DNA of 63,111 nt, filler included, from Reclinomonas americana ATCC 50394 (GCA_048213135.1; 5 parts of 2 records of this genome joined end to end with filler, not necessarily neighbours in it), one strand, 5' to 3'. Positions 51,550-62,275 are shown, counted from the first letter of the whole stretch. The notes: generated by a model from the sequence alone, not told the origin. Translations and numbers: made by a program.

Positions 51550-51992
51550 ATGTTGTCGGAGCGAGTGGTGTGTTTGGTGCTTGCACTGCTGTGTGTGACG
51601 GCCGCGGTGATGGCTGTGGACTGCAATGATCCGAAGAATGTGTTGTGGTGGTGAGTGAGAGAGAGAGAGAGAGGCAAGAGAGTTGAGGAATGCATCACTT
51701 CTGCATCCTTCTCTTTGAATGTGTGTGTATGTGTGCGTTTGTGTGAGAGGGAGAGAGGGAGTGAGAGAGAGACTCAAGGCATGTGCTGTGTGTGTGTTGA
51801 ATGCTTCCTCTGGAGAGAATGAGTGTTTGTGAGTGTCTCTCTCTCACTCTCTCCGTAAATGTTTGTGTGTGTGTGTGAGAGAGAGAGACCGAGGGGTGTG
51901 TGTTTACTTCTTTCTGTTGTGAGAGAGAGGCAAGAGAGCTGCCAGTGTTTGTATCTTTCTCTCATTCATCTTTTTTCTCTTCTCCCTCTGTA

Positions 51993-52035
<43 letters not shown>

Positions 52036-54790
52036 CGTGTTTTGCTGCTTTCTCTGCTCTCTGTGTGTATGCGAGTTAGTGAGTGAGTGAGTGAGTGAGT
52101 GAGTGTGAGTGAGTGAGTGAGTGACAGAATGCATGATTGTGGGTGTGATGGAGAGATTGTGCATCTCTCCCTCTATCTGCATGTTCTTATGCGATTCCTT
52201 GTGTGGGAGAGTGAGCGTGTGTGCATGAGTGTGTGTGCGAGACAGTGCGCATGATCCTCATCACTTTTCCTTTTTCCGTCACTCTCTCGCTCTCTCTCAT
52301 TCTTCCTTTCCCTCATCTTGTGTTCCTCACCCTTTCCATCCTTCGTTCCTTCCAGCCCGCTGTCGCCGGCGATGAACCAGGATCCGCCGGTCACCTTTAC
52401 TGTGCGATTCACCACGGAGTTGCCGGTGAGTGCATATGCTGCTGCTTCTGCTGCTTGTGCACATCATGTTTCAGCGTGCATTCGCACTTGCGGTCTTTCT
52501 CTATCTCGCTGAGTTTACCTTCTTCTGCTGCTTCGCCCTTGCCTTCATGTGCTCCTACTGTCATTCTCCGTCGATGTCCGCTGCAACGCCCTCATCTGCA
52601 TTTTTCCTCCCGCTGTCGGAGTGATGCTCGAGTCATCATGACTCCCGGAAGAGAGAGGGGAAGGAGAGGGGAGAGCTCGCTTGCCTTCTTTCTCTTTGCT
52701 TTCAGCTTGTCTTCCATTCCGTTTCTCTTCGTCTGAAGGGAGAGGGAGATGAGAGAGGAGGGAGAGGGGAGAGCTCGCTCGCTTGCCTTCTTTCTCTTTG
52801 CTTTCAGCTTGTCATCTGTCCCTTCTCTTCTGTCTGAAGGGAGAGGAAGAAGGAGAGGGGAGCGCTCGCTCGCTCGCCTTCTTTGTCTTTGCTTTCAGCT
52901 TGTCTTCCATCCCGTTTCTCTTCTGCCAGAAGGGAGAGGGAGGTGAGAGAGGGGGGAGGGGAGAGCTCGCTCGCTTGCCTTCTTTCTCTTTGCTTTTAGC
53001 TTGTCATCCGTCCCTTCTCTTCTGTCAGAACTGAGAGGAGAGAAGGAGAGGGGAGCGCTCGCTCGCTCGCCTTCTTTTTCTTTGCTTTCAACTTGCCTGC
53101 CATCCCTTCTCCCTTTATTCACCTCCCTGCCTCGCCGCAGTCCCGCACCTTCGACATTATGATCATGCGCGACTGGGCGCCGATTGGTGCCAAGCGCTTC
53201 TACAACCTGGTCATCAACAAGGTTTGTAAATCGTTTGCCTCTCCCACGTCCCTTCTCTCGCTCATTACCTATCCGATCGCAGTTCCTCGACGACACTCGA
53301 TTCTACCGTTTCGTCTCCCACATTGCTCGTTGTGTGCTGCCCTCCCTCCTCACCCTCGCGCGCAGGATCGATTGCCGGTTTTGTGGCGCAATTTGGCGTC
53401 AACGGCGACCCCTCCGTCACGCACGCCTGGTTGCGTTCTCCTCGCTCTCCCCTCTTCTCTCCGTGCCTCGCATGCTAATTGTGTGCAGGGAGGACCCGCG
53501 CGCCATCCTGCCCAACGATCCGATCGTGCCGGGTGTGAGCAACATCAACGGCACCATTTGCTTCGGCGCCGAGTACACCAAGGATCAGATGGTGCGTTTG
53601 AGTGCATGTCTGTTGCATTTCCCCTTCAGGCTTATCTCCTTTCGCGCAGGCCGTCAACCGCACGACGGAGTTGTACCTCAATTTTGCCAACAACAGTCGG
53701 CTGGACAAGCATGGTGCGTTTTTTGAGAGAGGATAAGGGGTGTGTGGTGCCAGTTATCTGATGAGTATGGGTGAGCGAGAAAGACAATGTAGAAGGGAGC
53801 GGGAGAGCAAGTTACTGCGGAGTGAGAGAGTCAGGACATGTGTGTGGGAGAAACAATAGAGAAGAAAAGAGGACTTGTGTGTCCGAGTGTTTCTTCCGTG
53901 TATACAGCGGCTGGGCTGAGAATCGATGCGCACAAGGAGGAGAGAGAGAACTAATTGAAGAATAGGAGAGATTGAGAGGGAGAGTGACCGAGCGTTCTGC
54001 TGAATGTAGAAGTGAGATAGCGACTCGTTGAGTGGCGCGACTGTGAGTAAATAGATGAGCGATCCACTGTGCTCGGTGAGTGAGGGAGAAGAGTGAGTGA
54101 AAGGATGAGTTGTGCAGTCAGTGAGCGAATGAGAGATAGAGAGAAAGACAGCGAGAAGGAGTGGGAGATTTTTGAGAATCCTCTACCTTCCCTCCCTTCC
54201 CCCTTCTCCACGCCCACTGTCTCTTTGCACACAGGCTTCACCCCCATCGGTCACGCCGAGTCCGCCGTCGACCTGCAGGCCATCATGGACATTTACACCG
54301 GGTGCGTTTTCATCTCCTTCAACCCCCTCCCCACCCTCCCTCTCTCACCTTTCCCTCACTCCACCGCCAGGTACGGCTGCTGCGAGGAGGAGGGCCCGCA
54401 GTGCCACGGTCCGAGCCAGGAGAAGACACTCGACGAGGGCAACGCCTACCTCAACGCCAACTTCCCCAAGCTGACGCGCATTGTGACTGTGCGCATTGTG
54501 CCGTCGGGCGGTGGCGGGCACAACCACGGCGATGACCAGGTCACTGGTGCTGCGCGTGCGCGATATATGTTGCCTCGTGGACACGCCAAAGTGTGCTGAC
54601 CCCCTCTTCCTCACTATCGATGCAGCCACCAGTGGACGAGACGCGCGGCCTGATCACCATCGTGCTGTTCATCGTGAGCATCATCACCGTGGTCTTCGTG
54701 GTGTGGACCCTGTTGAACTTGTTGCGCAATAGCAGCAACACTAGCAGCAGCAGTGGCGGCGGCAGTGTACGAGGAGCCGAGCGCATTTAA
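51550..54790 (+). CDS. Cyclophilin-type peptidyl-prolyl isomerase with signal peptide and C-terminal transmembrane helix, 10 exons
   Basis: MLSERVVCLVLALLCVTAAVMA signal; WAPIGAKRFYNLV, RFYRSIAGFVAQFGVNGDP, SNINGTICFG, RTTELYLNFANNSRLDKHGFTPIG, EGNAYLNANFPKL; TM GLITIVLFIVSIITVVFVVWTLL; TAA at 54788-54790. Confidence 0.9.
52655..53110. repeat. About five tandem copies of a 90-100 bp unit in cyclophilin intron 2
   Basis: GAG(A/C)GCTCGCTCGCT.GCCTTCTTT...TTTGCTTTCAGCTTGTC-like core near 52671, 52770, 52860, 52961 and 53052. Confidence 0.85.
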
Positions 54791-56138
54791 TGTACCAGTG
54801 GTGCTGTCGGCTGCTGTTGGTCTCCCTGATTGCGGTACAGCAGGAGTGCGAGCAGCGATTCGCGCAGCTCGCGCAGGGTGAGCGCCCGGACAGTGTCGGG
54901 GTCGCTGTTGGCGGCGGGAGGGGAGGGAGGGGGGAGTAGTGCGTCGTCGAGGGGGTCCCTGTGTGTGGGTGAAGGGAGGGGTGGGAAAGGGGGAAGGGAG
55001 AGGGAAAGGGGGGTGAGGGGGGAAGGGGAGAGGGAGGGAGGGGGGAGGGAGAGGGGGAGGAAGAGGGGGACGAGGGAGGTGGGGACGTAACTGGTCGCTG
55101 ACCATGCCGTTGCTGTGGGAGGGGAGAAGGGGAAAGGGTGAGGCAGGCGATGGAGAAGGAGACGGGGGTTGCTAGGAGAGAGCAACAGCAAAGGGAAGGG
55201 GTAATTGGAGAAGGTCATGAGATAGGATGCGGGGAGAGAGCCATAGCATGGGGAGGGGGACACAAGGAGCATGTGACGGGAGAGGGCGAGCGGCGAGAGA
55301 GCCACAGCAGAGGGAGGAGGGCAGAGAGAGCACGTGATGGGGATGGTTGCAGCGAGAGAGCAACAGCTCAGGGACGGGACAGCGAGAGCAGGTGATGAGA
55401 GAGGGTGTGGCGATCAATCAAAAGGAGGGGACAAAGGGAGCAGGTCATGGCGAGAGAGGGGAGCCACAGCAGAAGGAGGAGGACAAAGAGAGCAGGCGAT
55501 GGGAGAGGGCGACCGGCGAGAGAGCAGCAGCACAGGGAGGGAGCACGTGATGGCAGGGATTGCGGGGAGAGAGGGGAGGGAGCAAGTGATGGGAGAAAGT
55601 GGGGAAGAGAGCGACAGCACGGGGATAAAGGGAGAGGTTGCGGTGAGAGAGCAGCGGCATAGGGAGGGAGAGACAGAGAGAGCGCGTGTTGGGAGACAGA
55701 AGAGACCGAAAAACAATCGCAATGGACAACTTGGGCGATCTCCTCGCCTCTCCCTTCCCTGCCCCCCACCCAACGCAACTCCACAACCGACGTCATCGTA
55801 GCATGATCCTCCACAGCCACAGACTTCACAGTCCAAGGCGGCGGCTGCGACGACTGCACAAAAGACAAATCAACACCAATCATGATGACGCGCGCACAGT
55901 CACACGCAACAGCCGCCTGATCATCCTTCGCATCATCACTATCACTATCATCATCATTGCAATCAGTGCTGTTCTTGTTGTTGCTGCTGTCACACGGCGG
56001 AGGAGTCGCGCTGTCACTGTCCTCGTCCGAGTCGGCGGCCTCGTACGGAGGCGCCTCGTATGCCCTTGCCATGTCGATGAGGTGCACGCAGGCGAGGGAC
56101 ACGCACAGTGCGGCGAGGAGAAGCGCGATCACGCGCAT
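54787..56138 (-). CDS. Hypothetical secreted acidic protein, 183 aa, 3 exons
   Basis: Exons 56138-55780, 55112-55092 and 54958-54787 join in frame via A|GTTGCGT..CAG and A|GTTACGT..CAG. Signal-like MRVIALLLAALCVSLACVHL followed by a D/E/S-rich tract. Confidence 0.7.
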
Positions 56139-56289
56139 TTCCGACTCAATGTGGCGCGAAAAGAGACCGAAAAGATGTCGAATACAGCGCGTGTCCTGTT
56201 GAGTGGTGGAGGAGAGTGCGTATACAGCAAAAGCAGGTGAACAGGGAAAGGCAGCGATGCAATGCGAGAGAAAGCGAGAGAAACAGAGT

Positions 56290-56750
56290 GATGAGCGTCG
56301 ACGTCGACGTCGATCAATATGAGGTGTCTGCGACCGGCTTTGCGCTATGGAAGCCGTGACCTGCATAAAACCTCGTGCGTGCAGTGTGATCCGTACGAGC
56401 ACGTTGATCTGTGAGGCGCGCAAAGAGCGAAACATTATATCGACGTCGACGTCGACCAATAAGAGGTCTTTGTGATGGGTTTTACACTGCGTATGCCATG
56501 CACCACATGAAACCGTGTGCGTAGATTGCGCTCCGCACGGGCAGGTTCGTCAGTGAGGCACGCAAGGAACGAAACATTGACACTACGACGTCGACTTCGA
56601 CGTCGACCAACAAGAGGTCTTTGTGACGTGCTCTGCGTTCTGGATGCCGTGCTCTGAATGAAACCGTGTGCGTAGAGTACACTCCGCACGGGCAGGTTCA
56701 TCAGTGAGGCGCGAGTCGCAGAGAACCATGGCCAGGACGTCGACGTCGCA
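56290..56750. repeat. Three to four tandem copies of a roughly 145-150 bp unit in a divergent intergenic region
   Basis: CGACGTCGA..AA..(T/A)GAGG...AAACC...TGCGT...GTGAGGC.CG near 56305, 56447 and 56598, with a partial copy near 56737. Confidence 0.85.
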
Positions 56751-57058
56751 ATCGCTCACCGCCACAGCGAGGCTCCCCGAGCGACATGCAACCATGTGAC
56801 GTGCACTTCCTGCCACATTCACCGTGTACGTGCTTCTGCATCCGCCAACCAACTTTGCTTCTTGCACCTTATCCCGATCCGCAGTGTTCGAATTCCACTC
56901 CCACTGATGCAGCCGCCTCACACGAGGAGCGACGACGGAGCAGGATGCAGTATCCCGCAGGTTGGTGTGAGGTCACTGCCACTCCTTTTCTCCGTCTTTG
57001 CACGCATTACAAGACAAAATGTCCTGCACCTCACTCTCTCCTCCGTCTCCTCACTATC

Positions 57059-58655
57059 ATGGAGACCACCACAGCAGGCGGTGGCGCCGGTAACCACGGC
57101 GACACCCCATTACAACGCGCAGCCGCCGCCATGGCGCACTCTGCCGAGAACGACATTCGCAAGACCGGTTTCCCGTTCTCCACGTCGGCGTCGGCGTTGA
57201 CTGCGCGCGAGGAGCTGGCGCACTTGGAGAGCGTGAAGCTCGGCTTGCGCGTGGACCCAGAGGACATTGAGGAGGACGATGAGGATCACGGGGAGGAGGA
57301 TGGCGATGGGGTTCCGACGGGGATTGATCGGAAAAAGTGGATGGATGCGGAGAGGGGGGCGTTGCAGGCGGCGGAGCTGTCGGTGATTGGGAGTAGGGAT
57401 GAGGAGAGTACGAGTGGGGGGAGTCAGGCGCTGAAGATGCAGTCGTATTTGGTGAACACGGTGCCGATTGTGCCAGGTGAGACAAGGGGAAAGGGATAAA
57501 GGGAAAGGGATAAGGGGAAAGGGGGAGAGGAGAGGCAATGGGAAAGGGAGGGCGCAAGAAGGCGAGAGAAGGAGAGAGGATGCGAGAAGGCGTGCAGAGA
57601 CTTGTACTGTGAAGAGACATGAGTGGACGAGAGAACGAGGAAGACAAAGCAGGGAGAGGGAGCGAGTGGGTGCGAGGCAGAGAATGTGTGAAGGAGCGGG
57701 AAGTCGTTTGGAGGCACGGCAATAGTGCGCGGAACCCGACGGAATGAACAAGGAAAGTCAGAGAGAGTACGGAGGGATGCTGGTCCAGAGTGACAAGCAG
57801 TGAGCACGTGGACGTGAAGTGGGTGGATCGCTCAGCAATGAAGGGTGGGAAGTGGACAAGGTGATCCAGCAAAACAAGCAGACGAAGAGTGACAAGATTG
57901 AGAATGCAACACAGACAATGATGAGAGTGTGCGCCAAAAGAGGAGCACGAGAGGCAGAGAGAGACTCAGTGTGGAGACGGTGAGTGAACGCGGAAATGGC
58001 GACACACAGGCGGAAAAAGAAGCTGAGCGTGGAGAGAGAGCAAGAATCAGCAAGCGCGATAATCGCCAAGAGAAGCCGATAGAGGGCGAGGCGAGAGTGC
58101 AGCATGGGCGATAATAGCAGACAGGCAGCGAGAATGACAAGGAGTTCGAAGAAAGTCGATATGGAGAGGGAGCGAGAGAGCAAGAGCATGGCGAGGGGAA
58201 GGGGAAAATACCGGAGAGGTTGTTCTGGAGCTCACCCTTCTCCCTATTAAGGTGGGCGACGAGTGAAGAAGGCGAAACGAGGCTGCCTGGGTCCCATCGA
58301 TCGCTACTTTCGTGTGTCGGCCACGCGCAGCACGTTTGCCACGGAGATTATTGCAGGAGTGACGGATTTCTTTGTGGTCGCCTGTTGCGTACATATGGGC
58401 AAGGCAAAGCGTGGGTTTTCGTGTTCGGCCTCACTCCCTCCCCGCCACAGATATTATGCAGTACCAGGCGGCGTCAATGGGACCTGTGGGCATGGATTCA
58501 AACTCTGTGGCCACGGCCACGGCGATTGGTGAGTTGGATGAATGACGGCTGTCGGTATTTGTTCGTGTCTTTGACGCTGGGTTTTGCGCAGTGGCCGGCG
58601 TGTTCAACATTATGCTCGGCACCATCGGTAACTTGCCACTCGTGGGTGCACCGAG
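57059..58655 (+). CDS. AzgA/NCS2-family purine (adenine/guanine/hypoxanthine) permease, 5' part only
   Basis: Four exons give IDRYFRVSATRSTFATEIIAGVTDFFVVAYI...GMDSNSVATATAIVAGVFNIMLGTIGNLPLVGAP, matching the AzgA N-terminal motifs TE..AG.T.F...YI and N.P...AP. Truncated by the contig end at 58898. Confidence 0.8.
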
Positions 58656-58942
58656 GTGAGGCAGAAGGGGGAGAAGGTTGAATGGGGAAGGGTTGATGCA
58701 GGAGAGGAGGGATGGGTGGCGAAGAATGGAAAGAGAGAGAGGGGGAGAGAGAGAGAGAGAGAGGAGGAGAGAGAGAGAGAGGAGGAGAGTAGTGACGAGT
58801 AGGTAGGTCGACTAGTGTACGGTAAGGTCGTCGTCGTACGGTACCGTACTACCGTCCCGTCCGTTCGGGACCCGTAACGACGACGTAGGTTCGTTCCGNN
58901 NNNNNNNNNNNNNNNNNNNNNNNNNNNNNNNNNNNNNNNNNN

Positions 58943-58954
58943 TTAATTAATTAA
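58943..58954. other. Artificial contig-joining linker
   Basis: TTAATTAATTAA between N runs. Confidence 0.95.
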
Positions 58955-59105
58955 NNNNNNNNNNNNNNNNNNNNNNNNNNNNNNNNNNNNNNNNNNNNGA
59001 GGATGACGGTCGCAAGCTGCTGTTGATTGACGATGCTGATGAACGGTAGGCGGTGGAGAAGGGTTGGCTCACAAGGACCTCGTGCTGACGGATGTCACTG
59101 TACAG

Positions 59106-60025
59106 CAGTACCTCGGTGACGGTGGCATCTTTTTCTCTATCCTCTCTCGACTGCAGTTGACGGCTGATGAGCGTGCTCGCTTCACCGCCCGTGTCTGCGA
59201 GGCACGTCACGCCCGTCACATCATGGACACGTTTGAGGAGCGATTGCACCGACTGGCGGTGCGTGAGCTCGAGCTCTCTTTCTACCAACGCGACGAGAGT
59301 GTGCGCAAGGACGTGCAGATGTATGTGCCACTGCTGTGCTCACGTGAGCGTGACGTCTCATCGAGTGACAAGATGACAGATCTGTGGACGGAGGTGGACG
59401 CATTCCTCTCCGACGCCAACGCCACCCAGCGTGTGCTGGTGCTCTTTGGCAACAGTGGAGTCGGCAAGACCACCACCATGTCGGTGCTGGCCAAGCAAGC
59501 CTGGCGACAATGGCAGGCGAGACAGAGCAGACGAGTGCCTGTACTTGTGCCTCTTGGTGCACTGCGCAATGCCGATGAGCGGTTGTTGGAGGAGGCACAG
59601 GAGCGACTGTCACCCGAGTTGGGATTCAACGAGTCAGATGTGCGACGGTTGAATGAGGAGCCACTATTGTTGTTGCTTGACGGGTACGATGAGTTGTACC
59701 GTGGTGTGAATCTGTTTGTCAAGAACCAGCTGGATGTGTGTCGCGATGTGAAGGTGATTATCACCTGTCGTGGAGCGGCGCAGTATCGACGGTACTTTGC
59801 GCCAGTGGATGCACGAGGACAGTTGTGCATGCATCTGCTCGTGGAGCGACACATTGCACCGTTCAACAGGGAGCAGATTGAGGAGTACTTTGTGCGACTG
59901 GTGCAAGTGGGTGGTGATGACGGTGACGTGCGATGGTCGACTGCCGAGGAGTACATTCGTGCACTGAAGTGTGTGCAAGGACTGGATGCACTGGTGTCGA
60001 ATCCGTTCCTGCTGGCAGTGGTGGG
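59106..60025 (+). CDS. NACHT-family STAND NTPase fragment
   Basis: Walker A VLVLFGNSGVGKTT, RVPVLVPL, Walker B LLLLLDGYDE, sensor KVIITCR, IAPFNREQIEEY and the NPFLL motif, all in one uninterrupted exon of about 920 nt. Both ends are incomplete. Confidence 0.85.
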
Positions 60026-60105
60026 TGGATCATGTTGTGTGGTTTGTGAAGCGTCATTCGTGATGCAGTTGTCTTCGTATGTTTGCTGATGACATTGTTG
60101 TTGTG

Positions 60106-60139
<34 letters not shown>

Positions 60140-60160
60140 GTGTCTTTTGTTTGTGTTCAG

Positions 60161-61792
60161 TTACTTATATGGCGGTGTGGGCACGCCTGTGCAAGTTGGC
60201 AGCACTTCGTTGCTTGTTTCTGCAGGTCTGTTTGTCTCCGCGGTGATGAGTATTTGATCGTCCGTGTCTTGTGTTGCTGACGTGTGTGTGTGTGTCGTTG
60301 CAGTGACGAGCTTCTCGCTGTCACAGGCTTCGCACACTCCCCCCCTTGATTGCCTTATATGAGGTCTCCCATTGCAAGGGTCAAGGGTAACGGGTTAAGG
60401 ATCACGTACCCGAGGGTCAAGAACAAAGGGTCAAGGAGCAGAAGCTATGAAAAGCATATATAAGGGGGGTATAAATGGCATGTAAGGGGGGGAGTGTGCG
60501 AAGCACGTAACATCGCCGAGCAGCATCATTGTGGAGACGAGTGGCGTACACGTGACTGTGAGTGGCAGTGGTCTGTCGGATGCGGATGTGGTGCAGGTGC
60601 AGAGAGCGGGTGCGTGCACGGGTGCTGGGACTGTGCTGGCGCTTGTTTCGACGGCAGTCGATGGACTGACGACGATTCGACAAACGACGAGCACGTCGCT
60701 TGGTGTTGGATCGTATTGGGTGTGGTGCGTGTCATGTTTTTTTGTGAGCACAAGTTTTTTTGGAGGCGACAGTAAGAAGCGTGCTGTCTGTCAAGTGAGA
60801 TCAGTGCATGCCGTAGAAAGAGTGAATGAGAGAGAAAGATGGACAGTGGGGAAGAGAGAAAGAGTGTTTCGTGGGATGCGCTTCTTTTTCTCCGTGCACT
60901 GTTTGCTGCATGTTGTTTGTGTCGCACAGCATTCACTTTGGAGGTGCTCAAGCTGGAGTGTGGTTGCAAGTGCCTGGCGTGGTGGCTATCGGTGCGTGTA
61001 TTCCTCATCAGACGAATGTTATGAGGTGCAGGGTTGTGACTCATGTTGTGTATTATTTTTGTTGTTTGGTTTGGTTCATGTGTGTGTGTAGTACCGTCTG
61101 CGGACTCGTACACACCAGCGAGCATCACGAGTGAGACGACGGGACAGAGTGTGACGGTGACCGGCCATGGTCTCACGGCCAGTGACGGCGTGAAGCTTGT
61201 TTCTGGAACTGGGTGCTCTGGATCGCCGTCGTACAGCATGACGAGTGGAGCACGCGGAGGATCAGCGGGTGCATGGACATTGACGGTGACGACGAGTGAT
61301 GTGAATCTGACGCCGGCGGGACAGTATTCTGTGTGGTACGTTGAGACCATGGGTGGTGGTTGTGGGTTGTTCTTGTCTCTTTGCACACACTGCTCTTGCT
61401 TGGAAAGGAAAAGTTGGCATTTCACTTACCTGATGTGGTTGTGTATGTGTGTGTGTGTGTTTTTCTTCGTGTTCTGTGTCTGACAACCATGCAGCTATCG
61501 ATTCAACGGCATGGCGTCGTAGGTGCAAGTGACATCGACGCTGCTGACAGTCAGTTGCGTTGTTATGTGGAGGGAGAATGAATACGTGTGTGTGAGAGAG
61601 AAGAATTTGTGTGTGTCTGAGAGAGAGAGAGAGAGAGAATGAGAGTGCGAGAGAGTTAGTGTGTTTGAAGTTGTACATGTCGAAGGATCTAACATGTATG
61701 CGTCTCCACTCCTCCCCTCTCCCCTTCGTTTTCTTTCGGTTTCTCTCCTCCCATTTTTGCAGACAAACTGGCGGAGTCGTTCACGCCAAGTG
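60161..61792 (+). pseudogene. Fragment of an extracellular beta-sandwich (IPT/TIG-like) repeat gene with an in-frame stop
   Basis: Repeating two-exon unit, e.g. SPSSIIVETSGVHVTVSGSGL...GSYWVC|IHFGG..WLQV and YTPASITSETTGQSVTVTGHGL...GQYSVC|YRFNGMAS*VQV. TAG at 61520-61522 aligns with Trp of the previous repeat. Low-quality sequence at about 60340-60495. Confidence 0.55.
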
Positions 61793-61836
61793 NNNNNNNN
61801 NNNNNNNNNNNNNNNNNNNNNNNNNNNNNNNNNNNN

Positions 61837-61848
61837 TTAATTAATTAA
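61837..61848. other. Artificial contig-joining linker
   Basis: TTAATTAATTAA between N runs. Confidence 0.95.
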
Positions 61849-62275
61849 NNNNNNNNNNNNNNNNNNNNNNNNNNNNNNNNNNNNNNNNNNNNGGGGGAAG
61901 TGGGGGAAGTGGGGGAAGAGGGAGAGGAAACTGAGAGATCTGAGAGTGGGTGAAGGAACGGAAAGGTATTAGTTGAAAGAGAAAGAAGGCAAAGATGAGG
62001 GAGGAGTGGGAAGTCAGGTAAGTTGCGGGGAATGGCGAAAGGGACAGAATGGAAAAGGAGGAAGAGGAGTGGACTATAAAGAAGAGGGAGGAGAGGAAGA
62101 GAACACGAGGAAGGAGAAGGGAAGAGTGCAGAAAGAAGAGGGAGGAGGGGACGTGGAAAGATGGCGAGTTTGGCAAGTGAAGGGGGATTCTAAGAGCAAA
62201 AGCATGATGAGACGAGTGGAACGACTGTGCATGCTGGAGAGCAGCTCGTCCAAGCAGTAAGAGGCACAACGCAAC

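Noticed and set aside
23170-56750. Regularly spaced repeats as CRISPR arrays
   Set aside because: The whole units are degenerate copies with no unique spacers, there are no cas genes, and the context is eukaryotic intronic or intergenic DNA.
17128-60025. An immune gene cluster (RZ ligase, NACHT, lectin-like proteins)
   Set aside because: The genes are separated by housekeeping genes and artificial contig joins, so physical or functional linkage is unsupported.
59047-61522. Stop-codon reassignment (in-frame TAG)
   Set aside because: TAA, TAG and TGA all terminate genes here, and RPA2 and ABCA contain no in-frame stops; the single TAG is better explained as a mutation or error.
20704-61891. 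Repeated TTAATTAATTAA palindromes as a biological element (e.g. piggyBac sites)
   Set aside because: Always embedded in equal-length N runs; this is an assembly linker with stops in six frames. Adjacency across these linkers is not guaranteed, although the one at 20748 is supported by an in-frame U-box.
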